A stretch of DNA of 64,000 bases from Moniliella sp. 'wahieum' (GCA_003971905.1 RSEE01000122.1:1-64000); one strand, 5' to 3'. Shown: positions 50,001-63,019, numbered from the stretch's first letter. The notes: generated by a model not told the origin, from the sequence alone. Made by a program: numbers and translations.

Positions 50001-50854
50001 TCAGCGCCGGATCAACGGGAGGCCACGACGCGGGCGGCGGTGGGCCGGTGGCCGCCGCTGCAGCCGCAGCCGCTGCTGCCGCCGCCGCCGCCGCGGCTGG
50101 GTCGACGAGGTTGGACAGACCCGGCGGCGGGGGCGGCTGGAGCTGCTGCTGGAGCGGCTGCTGCTGGGTCTGCTGCGGCGGCTGGGGCTGGTGCGTGGGC
50201 GGCTGCGGCTGCGGCTGCGGCTGCGGCGGGAAGAGGCCGGGCGGGGGCATGTGCTGCAGCTGGCTCAGCACGTGCGGGGGCAGGGTGGTGTTGGAGGAGT
50301 GGAGGGACTGGAGGACGGTGGCCAGCGTCTGCTCCATCTTCTGCAGCGACGCGGCCATGGCCTCGGTGCGCTGGCTCTTGGTGCCCTTGCGGCGGCGGTT
50401 GGACTCTTCAAACACACACGCATGGTTCGACGCCTTGCAGCGCACACAGGGCGGGCCGTCCTCGGCGCCGAGGCAGCGCATCTTGAGGCGGCGGCAGTGG
50501 AGGCAGGCGCGCTGGGAGCGCTTCTGCTTGGCGGGCTTGTCCTTGGCGGCGGCCTTGGAGGCGGAGGGGCTGGGCTTGGATTGGAGGCGGGGGCGCTTGC
50601 TGCGCGGCGCGGCGTCGGGCGCGGCGGCGGCATCGGGGGGGCAGCGGCGGCGGCGGCGTCGCGTGGCTGGGCGCGAGCGAGTCCGAGTCGGAGGCGGAGG
50701 CGGAGTCGGAGTCGGAGCCGGACGCGGAGCCGGACGCGGAGGCGAGCGGGGAGCAGCGGCAGGCAGCGGCAGCGGCAGCGATGCGCCGGTGCGTGCTGGC
50801 GGCGGCCAGGCCCACGACGGGCCGGCTGGGCCGGAGGTGTGGGGGGAAGGACAT
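47096..50854 (-). CDS. Zn(II)2Cys6 transcription factor with a fungal-specific TF (middle homology) domain, PriB-like
   Basis: RACLHCRRLKMRCLGAEDGPPCVRCKASNHACVF; RSPFLFTAILAVASRFY, KSVEIVQAFLLL, GLAIRMATDLNL, NRERTW..CF..DR; C-terminal LRYAPDSQFVMVAYACVFLLKL. Confidence 0.9.
48140..48390 (-). repeat. Coding His-Glu dipeptide repeat (CATGAA/CAYGAG)n inside the transcription factor
   Basis: GHEHEHEHEHEHKDEHEHKHEHEREHEREHEPEPEHEHEHEPQHEPQHGEEHEQEHEHL. Confidence 0.9.
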
Positions 50855-51076
50855 GGTGGGTGCACTCCGGTTCGTGCTGTGGCCCGGGGGCCGGATGGCC
50901 GGAGCGGCGGCGCCCCCGCGCGCCTGCTGACGTCAGCCCTGCTCACGTCAGCGTCTCGTCCGGGCCAGTCCGGGCCACATGATCGAGGATCGGTGGCCCG
51001 AGTCCCGCCGCACCGGCACGACGCTGAACATTTGACAACGCGACACGCCGCGCACAGACACGCGCAGCCATACGAG

Positions 51077-51148
51077 TCACGCGTCACGCGTCACTCCGCC
51101 AGACCCAGGGACGCGTCGCGGACGGCGGCTGGAGAGCACACGCGCGTT
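51077..51148. promoter_or_regulatory. Cluster of MCB-like ACGCGT/CGCG elements upstream of MSH6(-ECO1), in a divergent promoter
   Basis: TCACGCGTCACGCGTCA (51077-51093), GACGCGTCGCG (~51110), ACACGCGCGT (~51139). Confidence 0.5.
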
Positions 51149-51215
51149 TTCCCTCGGCTGGTCCACCGCGCGCTCTTGCCCTCTGCCCACCACCATCTCC
51201 CCTCCCTCTCCTCCC

Positions 51216-54200
51216 ATGGGCAAGCAGAGCTCCCTCTTCGGCTTCTTTGCCGCCGCCAAGGCGCCTCCTCCCCCCGCCGCCGCCCCCGCCGGCACCAACG
51301 CGGAGTCCAACGCGGAGACCCAGGCGGAGGCCAACGCGCAGACTCCAGCGGAGACCAAGACCCAGACCAAAGCTAGTGCCAAGGCCAAGGCTAACACCAA
51401 GGCCAAGACCAGCACCAAGGCCAAGACCAACACCAAGACCAGTCGCGCCGCCCCTGCCCAATCCAAGCCCACTCCCAAGCCCACTCCCAAGCCCACTCCC
51501 AAGCCCACTCCCAAGCCCACTCCCACCCCCCTCGACCGGTCCAACTCCCCCCCCGGTCCAACCGACGAGATGGACATTGACGCGTCTTCCCCCCCGCCGC
51601 TTTCCGCCACCGCCACCGCCGCGACCACGACCGCGTCGCCCCCCTCCCCACCCACGCCCATCCCACCGCTGCCCACCGCTGCTTCCCCCGCCGCGTCAGA
51701 GGAAGACATTCCTGGTGTCGTACGTACCTCCCCTCCTCACGTTGTGCTCGCTTGCTCCCGTGCCGTCTAACATGCCCTACTTAGCGTCGCACCCGTCGTC
51801 GCGTGATCAATTATGTCGAGTCGGACGCGTCCGACTCGGACGATGCCCCGGCGCCCAAGCGGGCCAAACTGGCGCGCGGCCGGACGCGCCGTGCGCGGTC
51901 GGAATCGGAAGAAGACGACTTTGCTCCGTCGGACAGTAGCGCCAGTGACAATGAGAGCGAGATGGCTTCGGCTTCGGCTTCAGCGTCGGAAGCCGAGTCG
52001 GCATCGTCCGAACCGGAATCCGAACTGGAATTCTCCACTGCCATCACCAAGAAGAAGGGTAAGGGTAAGGGAAAGAGCACACTGTCTGCTGCGCGACCGC
52101 AGTCACGCTCGCGCGTTCCTCCCTCTGAAGCGGGTAGACCGAGTGGGTCGCCGCCACGCGAGGCAGGGCGGACAGTGGTAGTCAAGGGAAAAGCGAACGA
52201 CCAACCGTTTGCCTTTCTCCATCCTCCGCGCGACAAGGACGGCAATGTGCGTGGTTCGGCGGCGTACGATCCGCGTACGCTGCTCATCCCCGCGTCGGCC
52301 TGGACGAGCATGACGCCGTTTGAGCGGCAATTTTGGCAATTGAAGCAGGACCGGTTTGATACCGTCTTGTTTATTCAAAAGGGCAACTTTTACGAACTGT
52401 ACGAGGACGATGCTACGCTAGGCCACCAAGTGCTCGATCTCAAGTTGGTCGATGCGCCCAAGATGCGCATGGTGGGCGTACCGGAAAAAAGTTACGAAGG
52501 GTTTGCAGCCAAACTGCTCGGCTTGGGATACAAGGTGGGCAGGGTAGACCAGGACGAGACGGGCGTCGGACGCGATGTCCGCACAGCCCAAGTCAAGGGC
52601 AAAACCATTGTCCAGCGCACCCTGCGCCATGTGTTGACCAGTGGCACGATTGTCGAACCGTCAGCATTGCAAGATGATTTGAACAGCTACTGTCTTGCCA
52701 TCTGCCAAGCGCCGCAGGGCAGCGGCATCGGTGTCTGTACTCTGGATGCGGCCACGGCCGAGTTCCGTTTGGCCAGCCTTCCGGACGAGGCGGGGCTGGA
52801 ACTACTGCTCCGCTCGTTCCGGATCAAGGAGGTGTTGTTGGAAAAGGGGCGGAGCGAGGCCACCCTGCGTTTGGTCCGCGCTTGTCTCCCGCCTTCGGCC
52901 CAACTGATTCAACTTACCAGCGGAGACGAGTTCCCTTCCCCCGCCATGGCCAGCGAGGTCCTGCGCACATTTTTCCCCGATGCGCTTCCCGCCGGGGTAC
53001 GCGACACGGTGCAGGCGGATACGCCCGAGCCTCTGGCCGCACTGGGTGCGATGCTTTTGTACCTCCGTACGCTCAATTTGGACCAGGACTTGCTGGCGAG
53101 TGACAACTTTGGTCCGCTGCTATGGCAAGGTGATCGGATGGAGTTGGATGCCCAGACGTTGACTCACCTCAACATCTTGACCAACGACCAGGGTACCGAC
53201 GAAGGCACGTTGCATGCGTTGCTCAACCACTGCCAATTGCCCTGGGGCAAGCGGCTGCTGCGGCATTGGCTCTTGCATCCGCTTCGGGACATTGGCCAGC
53301 TCAACCAGCGCCTGGACGCCGTGCAAGATTTGTTGATGGACGATGATTTCCACCAGGCCTGGGCCACGTTCGCACGCACGTTGCCCGATGTGGAACGGGT
53401 GGTAGCGCGCATCCGTGCTGGGCGGGCCAAGCCACGGGAATTTGTTGCGTTGCTCGAAGCGTTGGGCGGAGTGGACGAGGCGGTGGAGCAATTGCGCACG
53501 TACGTACAGGACCACCATGGTACCCATGCCATCGAACGCATCTTGGCTTCCATCCCCTCCTTGGCACAGGTCGTGCTTCCCCTGCGCGACCAATTTACTA
53601 TTGCGCCTGACCTGGGCTTTGATCCGGTCCCCGGCACCGACGATGCGTATGACCAAGCTCAGGCTCACCTTGCCACGCTCGAAGAGGAACTGGACACGTT
53701 ACTCGACACGATTGCCAGCGAACTCAAGTTGGCCCGGACCAAGGTGCAGTACCGCCATAGTGGGACCAAGGAGATTTACCAGGTCGAAGTGCCGCGCAGC
53801 ACCAAGGTCCCTCCCAACTGGATCCTCCTGGGCCAGACCAAGGACAAAGCGCGTCACTACCCGCCCGCGGTCAAGCAACGTGTCCAAGCGTTGCAGCATG
53901 CGAGGGAAGCTCGCTTGGCCAGCCTCACGCAGTTCCGACTGCGCTTGTTTGACCAACTCGCCACCTTGGCCCCGACCATCCTGCTGGCTGCCACCCACTT
54001 GGGCCAAGTCGACTGTCTCGTCTCCTTGGCAAGGGCCAGCGACGCAATGGGCTCAACCGTACGACCCACCCTGGTCCAATCGGACGAAGCGCTGGTGGAG
54101 CTGACGCAGGTACGTCACCCCACCCTTGCTACCAAGAGCACCTTTGTGCCCAACGACGTCTCCCTTGGTGGGAAGGCGGAAGATGTGATGCTTCTCACGG

Positions 54201-55080
54201 GCGGCAATATGGCCGGTAAGTCCACCTTGGCCCGCACCGCCGCCACCGCCGTTCTGCTCGCTCAAATCGGTTGCTTTGTCCCGGCTGAAAAGGCCGTCGT
54301 GGCGCCTGTGGACCGGATCGCGTCCCGAATGGGCGCAAACGACCAACTCTTCCACCGCCAGTCTACCTTTATGGTCGAGATGATGGAGGCTTCTCGGGTA
54401 CGTTTTGTTTCGCTCCCCTGGGAAATTTGGTTCTGTCACATGGATTGGCTTGGGGCTATGTCCTGCTCTTGTGGCCCGGGCACGCAAGACAGACACGCTG
54501 ATGGCTGGCTTACTGACAACACTCTTTGGTTACTTGTTTTGATGGTTTGGTGGGGGGGTGGAACGGATAGATTGTGGCACAAAGCACGCCGCGTTCGTTG
54601 GTCATTCTGGATGAGTTGGGACGCGGGACATCGACGTACGATGGCCAAGCGATTGCCTATGCCGTGCTGCACCACCTCTTGGCGCGCACGCGATGCCGAG
54701 GTTTCTTTTTGACGCACTATGCTGCGCTCGCACGCGCGTTTGCTTCGTACCCGCGCGTCGCTAACCGACACATGCGCGTGCTGGTCGAGCCAGGGCAGGA
54801 CGACGTGGCGTTCACCTACCAGTTGGTCCCGGGCATTGCTCAAGCTAGTTACGGTACCCAAGTTGCTCGTCTGGCCGGAGTGGATCGCTCGATCACCCAC
54901 CATGCCCACCAGGTCAGCACCCAGTTCCAACGTGCCTCTGAACCCGACACGCACACGCCCAACCCCGTTCAGGCCTGCACCCTCTCCGACTTTGCCTTTC
55001 TTGTGCGCCTGGCTACCGAGGGCGAGCCGGCGTGCGTCGCACAGCTCGATCTCGTCCGACAAGCTGTCCTCGCCGCTCCC
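51216..55080 (+). CDS. MSH6: DNA mismatch repair protein Msh6 (MutS-alpha); introns 51720-51784 and 54398-54570; no stop codon, reads on into ECO1
   Basis: PIP box QSSLFGFF, YDPRTLLIP, KGNFYELYEDDA (Phe-X-Glu), Walker A TGGNMAGKST, QSTFMVEM, Walker B SLVILDELGRGTSTYDG, THY, SYGTQVARLAGV; both introns are phase 0 and restore the frame. Confidence 0.95.
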
Positions 55081-56267
55081 GCCTCGTCCTGCCGGCCTGA
55101 GCACGTCGAAGCAGAGTGCCGCTCGCCTGTCTCCCTGCGGGAGGAACACCGAGTCGACGCCCAGGACGATAAGGACAACGACAACGCCATGGATAACGAC
55201 AAGGGCAACGACAAGGACGCGAGTCATTTGTTGCCTGCGCACGCCTCGTCGGCTCGCACGACCGACGAAGATGAGGACATGGCTGTATCCGAGCCCGAGT
55301 CCGTGTCGGCGTCCGTCTCCTCGCCTCAGACGCAAGGCGAAGAGATGCGGGCCTGGTCGCCGGGCACGGCGGACGAAGAAGAGGTGCGTGCGTCGTCGCC
55401 TCCCACGTCGCCTGTGGCCGGGGAGCGAGGCACGCGCAATCCGCTGCTGACTGCGGCGGGGGGTAAGGCGCGAGCACAGACCAAGAGCCGGACCCGAACC
55501 CGACCGGCGACGCAATCGCTCCTCCTGGCGCCTGGGACCAAGACGTGCAAGGAGTGTGGCATGGCGTACGACGCGGTGAACAAGCAAGACGCGGCGCTGC
55601 ACCAGGCCTTCCATACACGCATGACGCAGGGCCTGCGCTGGCCCGCGCGCTGGGCTGCCGCCGCCGAGGCGCAAGCGGCGGACGCAGGGCCCGACACGAC
55701 CATCCTGGTTTACCCGCTCAAGATGGGCGGCGAGGTGGGCAAGGCGGTGGGGGAGGTGGTGGCGATGATGGACGAGGGCGGGCGCGGCCGGTGGCGGAGG
55801 AGGTGCGGTGCGGGGGGAAGGTGCTGGTGGCGCGGCGTGCTGGGCGGGTGGTGGGGGCGGCGCTGGTGGCGCCGGTGGCGGAGGGCGCGGCGCGGGAGGT
55901 GGTGATGCGTGCGGGCGAGGCGGGGGCAGCGGCCGAGGCGGCGCTGGAGGCGGTGCTGGTCGACCGCACGGCGCGGCGGTGTGGGGCGGCGGTGGGGGTG
56001 CACCGGATCTACGTCGTGGCGGGTGCGCGTGGGCAGGGGCTGGGGCAGCGGCTGCTGGATGCGGCGCTGGCACACGGCGTGTATGGCCAGACGGCGGCCC
56101 AGACGCTGGCCCAGGCAGGCTCCCATGCGCGCGCGCTCGCCTTCTCCCAGCCGACGGCCGCGGGGCGCCGCCTGGCCCAGCGCTGGATCGCCGCCCACGC
56201 CGCCGCGCTCCCGCCGGCCGACGCCGCGGCCGAGCGGCGGACGCTGCTCGTGCTGAGCGAGGAGTAG
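55081..56267 (+). CDS. ECO1: Eco1/ESCO cohesin acetyltransferase moiety (linker, C2H2 finger, GNAT domain), in frame with MSH6; one indel at ~55780
   Basis: TQSLLL..KTCKECGMAY....QDAALHQAFH; KAVGEVVAMMD; KVLVA..GRVVGAALVA; VGVHRIYVVAGARGQGLGQRLLDAA...YG; LAFSQPTAAGRRLA. Confidence 0.88.
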
Positions 56268-56734
56268 GCAGGGAGCATGCATTCATCTTTGCGACTGCGA
56301 TTGCGATCGCCATGGCCGCCATGGCCATGGGCATGGCCGTCGTGGCCGTCGTGGGGGTTATCGGATAGCAGACACGCGCAGGGTGTGATGGGGCGGTGAC
56401 AGAATGACAGGCAGTGATAGCCGCGTGATGTGACGTGGCACAGGCCTGGTGCGGGCGGGCGCGACGCGACGGGTGAGCGGGTGGGGCGGGGACGCAGACG
56501 GCGGCACGGGGCCAGTGCTGGACGCTGCCAGCCGCGGCGGACGTGGCGCAGGCGGGGGCGGGGCACGGGGGCGCTGTGGCCCATCCGCGCGCCGCCGTGG
56601 CTCGAGGCGGACTAGCCCGCAGAACGCAGCGCGGCGTCCCCCGTGCGTCCCCCGTGCATGCCCCGGCGGAGCGCTGAGCGCCAGCCGCCTGATGGGTGAC
56701 AGTCGCGGGCGCTGATTGCGTCCACAGCATCGGC

Positions 56735-59700
56735 ATGGCCGCTGCCACTCCAACCCAACCCGCCCATCGCCATCGCCACCCCCACCGCCGCCACCGCCAC
56801 CACCGCGTCCACTGGCCCATGCCGTCCTCTGCGCTCGTGGCCAGCGCCTCGCGCCTCGCCCTCGCCCCCTCCATCTCCGCCACCTCCTCCGCCTCCGCCC
56901 TCCCGCCCACCGGCACCCGTGAGCTGGCCGACGTCCTCGCCGTCGCCAACCAGTCCGCCGCCGCGCTGGTCCGCGCCTACGGCTACTTCGACCTCCCCCA
57001 GGCGCTCCATCTCGAGCTCGACCCCCGCCACGTCGAGGCCCTCGTCCGCGTGTGCGGCGCCCAGCTCCGCCAGCGCGCCCTCGACACCCCGCTCATCTTC
57101 TCCTCCCTCGCCCTCGACCTGAGCCCGGCCGGATGCGTGTCGCTGCTGCGCACCTTTCTTGGCCTGCCCACCGGCCTCGACGCCTACCGACCCGGCGCAC
57201 ACCCCGCCGCCATCCACCCGGCCCTCCCACCCGTCGACAAGCCCATCAGCCCCGCCTTTGCCCAGGAAGTCGCCTTTGCCAACCCCAACGACCTCGCCGC
57301 CCTCATCAAATGGAGCCTGAGCCGCATCGGCAAGGTGATTGCCGTCCATGCCCCCCACCCTGGCGCGGGCACCGAGCCACCAGGAGTGACGCCTGCCGAT
57401 CCGCAAACCCTCTACGTCCAACAGCGCGGCTTCCTCTCCTTGGACATGTACACCCAATGGAGCGCCGCCGAACGTCGTACGTGTTTCCGCCGCTCTTCAC
57501 ATTCCCCTCCCCCGCGCCCTCATCGCCCCCCCACCACGCGCCCACCCCACGAGCGCAACTGACCTTCTCTTCCCTCCCCCCCCTCTTTCTCCAGGCGCCG
57601 GCTTCCCCGACACTGCTTTTGGGCTGTTTGTAACCCAGCTGCCGCCACATGAGCGCCAACTCCTGCTCACCCTCTTCTCCCTCCTCTCCTCCACCGTCTC
57701 CTACTCGCTCAAGAACGGCATGACCCCCTCCCGCATGGGCCGCACCTTTGGTCCCCTCCTCTTTGGTCTGCCGGAAGACGAGACGTTTAGCAAGACATAT
57801 TCCGCCTACGTCAAGACGAGCAATGCGGCGGAACACTTGCTGCTCGCCTACATTCGTCAAGCTGGTTCCACCTCCTCCCTCCCCGTGCGTCTGGCCGAGC
57901 ATGTGGCCGACTATGTGACGAGCATCAGCAATGACCCCGCCACAGTCAAACCTCACATTCAACAGGCACCCTTAACCCTGATTGAATCCAACGTTCGCCT
58001 CTACAACCCCGACCTGATCCAGACCGCTTGCCTTGCGCCGGTGCACAATTGTCCCGAGTGGACCGCTTGCCTGTCCACCTCCGACACGTTTGGACGGCTG
58101 CCTCAACTCTCCAACCGGTCGCGCAAACTGCTCAAATTCACCGGTGGCGTACAGGGCCTCCCCTTCTCTCCGCCCGTTGGCGGTGGGGGCTTGGACCACT
58201 TGCAGAGCAAGACGGCCGTTCTGCCTGCTTCCTCGCTTGCCGAGGTGGAATGGGGTCAATTCGCCTCGCTTGGGTTTGAAGAGACAGATGCAAGCAAGTT
58301 AAAGTTTGATCTTACCGAGTCGCAGCGCAAGAATCGCCGGGAGCGGCCCAAGACGATGGTGTGGTCCGACTTTGAACATGCTGGCTTTATTGGGACCGAA
58401 AAGGAGGAGGACACGTTGGACTCGATCTTGGCCTTTGATGCGCAGCTCAAGTCCGGATTGGAAGAGCGGCCGGACGAACGAGCGGCGTTGATGCAACGCT
58501 TGAAAGATGCAGAAGCGTGCTTGCCCCCCTTTACGTACCCGACCGAGCCCGTTGTCATCTCCTCGCCCTCCCGCCCGACCGGCGGCGTACCCCCCCAGTT
58601 TGACCCCATGTTTGCCGAGGTATGGGCAGATTACCTGATTGGCAGCGGATGGAGCAACCGCGATGAACTGTCCCATCGCCCAGCCAACTTTGTGGTGGTG
58701 CAGTACAAAAGTGTCAAAACCCGTTCGTCCATTGCCGTGGGAGGAAAAGACGCAGAGGACTCGGACCCGCGCACGAAGGCGCGTGGTTCGTGCTGTCCGA
58801 AGTGGTTCCTCAGGGCTACCGCAACGAGCTCGAGACATTTGATCGCAAACGTGAAAAATCGAGGCCCATGTTGCGCAAGTTCTCCTTATTCAAGCGCGGC
58901 AGGAAGTCCGGCGCCAAAGCTATCGATCCGGACGATGTCTTCCAGCCAGGCAGTGGAGGCGGGACAAAAATGCTCAAGTTGTCGGACGAGCCACAATCGT
59001 CCAAAGACCCAAGTATGCTCCGGGTCAGCCCTACTACCAGCTCTGTCTCACCACTGCCGTCGCCACGAACGACCCAGTCGTCTCTGTCCAAGCACTCTGT
59101 CTTGTCTGACACGACCAACCGCGACTTTGAACCTCCCACGACGGGCAAAACCGCACGCCTGACCGCCGGGGGGACCAAGTTGATCTCTGCCATCAAGTCG
59201 CGCAGTTCCAATGGGAAGAACAAACATCTTCGTCCCTTGACACCCGGTAGCATTGAGTCCAACGAACACTTGCCCCACCCGCATTCGCCTGCCTCGTCGC
59301 TCGGCCACCGAGGCAAAGTGCGCCACGAGTTGGCTGGCGTCGTGTCCGGTATGGCCTCCGTTGCGAACCGGCGCAAGCCACGGAAAGAAGCCGAATTCTC
59401 CACCGTCGACTTTGACACGGTTTCTGTCGCTGAGATGGACCCTGCTACAGGCCGGCCTGTGGCGCGGGAAGACCGATGGGTGGATGTGCAAGTGCGGGCG
59501 GAACCGAGATCGTCCAATTCATCGGTACCGTCGGTGCCGCCCATGTCGCCTGCGCAGGGAGGCAGTGCTACGCCCAAAGCCCGACGTCCCACCTTGGTCG
59601 TTGACCCGCCACAGGGGGCCGAACTCCCTCGCTCCTCCCCTGCTTCCACCCAGCCTTCGCCCAGGATCGCCTCCCCTGCCTCGTCGGTCCCGACACGCTA

Positions 59701-60808
59701 CCTCTCTTCCCCTGGCCCGTCCCCGGATCCCAGCCACACGGTTGGGCGTGCTCGCATGGCCGAGCTGAGGGGCACGTCTTCTCCTGTCCTCTCCTCGCCC
59801 AGCACGCCCAACGACGAGGAAGAGGAAGATGGATCAGCAACGCCCAAGATGACCGCCTCGCGTTCCTTGGTGGAAGAACGACGGGCTGGGTCGCCACCGG
59901 GTGGATCCAAGTTACTACCTCCGGACCATCCTTTGAACTTACGTTCGGCGCTGCGCAAAACCCCTTCGCCAGTCCCGTTTGTCGATCCGCTTCAAGCCCG
60001 TTCCACCACGCCTACCGAACCACGAGCCCGTACGCCCTCAACCGCCTCGGTGCACGACGACCCGTTCGACAAGTCGCGTGGCGCTGGCCGCGTCGCCCGC
60101 TTGGCCGGCCAATTTGGTGCGCTGAGCCCCCCAGGCGGGAGCGGGAGTGGGAGTGGGAGCAGCGCGCGCAAGCCTCCCCCTTCCCTGCTCGATCGGCCGG
60201 ACAGCCTGGGATCAGACGTGTATGTGCCAACGTCCAGTCCGGAGATGGGCAAGAACGCGCGTCTGTACGAGCGCGAGCGCGAAGCGGCTGCGCGGCGCGA
60301 CGAACTCGATCCCGAGCGCGAAGAGGCATCGGCGTTCATTGGCGACTTTATGCAGCGCAATGGGTCTGGCACCACGCTCGGTGCCACGTCCGAGACCGAG
60401 GAAGATATTGTCCTCCACCGTCCGACCGCCCTGCCCCTAGGCGCTGGACTGGGACTCAGTGGTCTGACCTTACCCACCAACACGAGTACGAATACGAATA
60501 CGAGCACCAGTACGAGTACGAGTGCGAACCATTCGCTGGCTGTGCCGCCTTCGCCCTCTGCCTCGTCCTTCACCTCGTCCTCTTCCGCTGGCATGCGTCC
60601 CAACTCGTTCGACGCGCCTCGACAGTGGCGCTTCACCACCGACCTCCCGCCCGACGAACAAGAGCAGCTCATGATGGAGGAAGACGAGGAGGATGAACCT
60701 GTGTTCCGCGAACGGTACCAGCCTGGTCAACCGCTCCACTCGCTCGTCGAGGCGCCGAGAAGAAAGTTTGCGCTCGAGCATGACAAGTGCCTCGTTCAGC
60801 TTGCGTAG
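56735..60808 (+). CDS. Msb1/Mug8-domain (RhoGAP-like fold) protein with a long Ser/Pro-rich tail; intron ~57477-57594; indel ~58785
   Basis: LVRVCGAQLRQRALDTPLIFS, DLAALIKWSLSR, GFLSLDMYTQWSAAER, KNGMTPSRMGRTFGPLLFGL, AAEHLLLAYIR, WGQFASLGF, WSDFEHAGF. Confidence 0.6.
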
Positions 60809-61626
60809 GATGGCACGTGCTTAGATCCAGCCTTCACTCCCACTCCTGCTGCGGCTACTGCTGGGGCTACTGCTCCTCCTCACCTTCCCTCCCTCGCACC
60901 GACCAGTTCATTCGCTTCTCAGATCTCCGAGGTGGGATCTCAGATCTCGTCGTTCGCAGCGCGACATCGACAGGGCATCACAACTTTCTTGTGAGCCCCG
61001 TTCCCCCCCTTCTTTCCTTTCCTCCTTTCCTCCCTCTGGCGGGCCCGACGGATGTGTTTTTCTTTTTCTTTTTCGTTTCTTTCTTGTGGCCCACATCCCC
61101 CATTCGTCTGTCCATTCCATCCATTCATCCCTTCTTTTCTCCCTTTCAGCTCCGTTTCGCCCTTCATCGGTGAAATTGTCGCTGCTCGATGTTCGATGTT
61201 CATTATCATGATTTTTCCCTTCCCTTCCTTTCCTTTCTTGCTCCTCTCTTCCACCCCCTTTGCCCTGCCCTGTCCTGTCCCGTTCCGTCCTGCCCTGGTT
61301 TGCCCTGCCCTGGTCTGCATGATCTGCCCTGATTTGCCTGGATCTGCGCTGTTCTTGTTCCCGCCTCCTCCCCCTCCCCTTCGCTCCGTTGTGGCCTGCC
61401 CTTCGTTTGGTGTCTGCGACCTGCCTGGAGCATAATACCCTCACCCTCTCCTTTCCTCTGGCTGCCGGGCTGGGGGGGGGTCTGAGAATGCATCTGTGTC
61501 CCATTGCCTTGTTTGTGCTGGTTGGCCCGCTTGCCTTTGCGGGTGCGTACCTTGCTTGGACGTAACACACAATGTAGTTCCAACGAGACAGAAGAGGGAA
61601 CCGAGATGGCTGTGTTAGCGCCGAAC

Positions 61627-63019
61627 CTAGGCATGGCGCATCTGCAGCGTAGCCTCGATCATGCGCCAAAAAGAAGCGGCCAACTGCTTGTCGGTGTGGC
61701 GTTGATGGCGGTCGACCACCAACTCACGTACAGGCCAAAGCGAGATATTTTCCTGCCGCGGTTCGTTGTGGTACCGCACGTACAGGCCGAGGTGACGCTG
61801 GAACAGCGCTTGGGATCCTGCTCCTTGTACGCTTTAAACTGCCACGTTTGGCCCGTGGTGAAGATGGCTGCCACGCGGCTCCACGCGTCCGAAGGCGCAC
61901 CCGGTCGCGACGGCCCAGCTAGCTTCTGAAGCGCATCCACATTGTCCACCACGAGGAACCGCGTCGGTTTCGGTGCTTGACCAGGCACGTTGGACCGAGC
62001 AAAGCTCATGGTATGGCTAAGTGTAACCACGGTCTCCGCGACGCCGCGCGCTTCGCGCCGTGCTTGGTCCGGGTGCACAAACACGCCTTCCTCCAACAGT
62101 TGTTTGACATTAAACATATTGACCAACGCCGTCGGCGAATTGGACAAAAGCAAAATCGGATCCTGAGCACGCTGTTTGCGCACCAAGCCCGCCCGCTGGC
62201 GCACTCGCTGGCACAGGCGGTGCAACAACTTCTTTCGCACGACCCATAACCAGCTTGCGCATACTTTCCAGCCGATCCGCAATCGTCGTTCGGAAATGAG
62301 AAAAGTCACTGGTCTGGGCCCAAAACTGCGTACCATGCGCCGCATCGTTCCGGTTGCGCGGCACCATCTCCACTTCGCTCCGCAGTTTCTTGACAAACAC
62401 CTTATCCGCCTCGTCCGGCACGTACGTACGTTTGGCCGCCGTCGGAGCAGCCGTTGTCGTTGTTGCGGTCGCGGTCGAGGTCTCTGGCGCTGTCGAAGTC
62501 GAAGTCGACGTCGCTGTAGTTGTCGCTGTTGCTGGCGCTGGCGCGGGGAGGTCCTTGTCTTTCACCGCTGCGGGCGCGGAAGAAGGCGGGGGAGTCGTCT
62601 CCTTCTTCTCATCGCCTGCGAGGGGACACGCCATCCCATTCTTCACGCTTTCCCAGCAAGTACTCCAAGATCTCCGCGCGGTAGATCAACTCGAGACGGG
62701 CGACCTTGGCGGCAGCACGGAGACGGGTGTAGGTGCCGCTGGACTCGTCTTTGGTCCGAAGAGCAAAAACCAACGCGTCTAATGGAAGCAGTCCATCGGG
62801 CTTGGAGCTCGCCGAACCATCGCGCGCCGAGGCGCGGGTGGCGGCAAGCCGGGTGGGCTGCGAGGCGGGGAAAGTGACTTCGCCCGTGGGCAGCTGGAGA
62901 CGCACGTGGCTCGCCTGCTCAATCGCATCGACGGGCTTGCCATCAGCGAGGAGCGTGACGTTGCTCAGATCGCCCGTAGGCGCAACGGCAGCGCGAAGCG
63001 CGTCCAGGGCGTCAGCCAT
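61627..63019 (-). CDS. CDC73: PAF1 complex subunit Cdc73/parafibromin; frameshifted
   Basis: DPILLLSNSPTALVNMFNVKQLLEEGVF, RFLVVDN, WSRVAAIFTTGQTWQFKAYK, ending FWRMIEATLQMRHA then stop. Confidence 0.9.

Noticed and set aside
54398..54712. Hydrophobic C-terminus of the 969-aa MSH6 ORF (apparent loss of Walker B)
   Set aside because: This is read-through of intron 54398-54570; splicing restores EASR|IVAQSTPRSLVILDELGRG.
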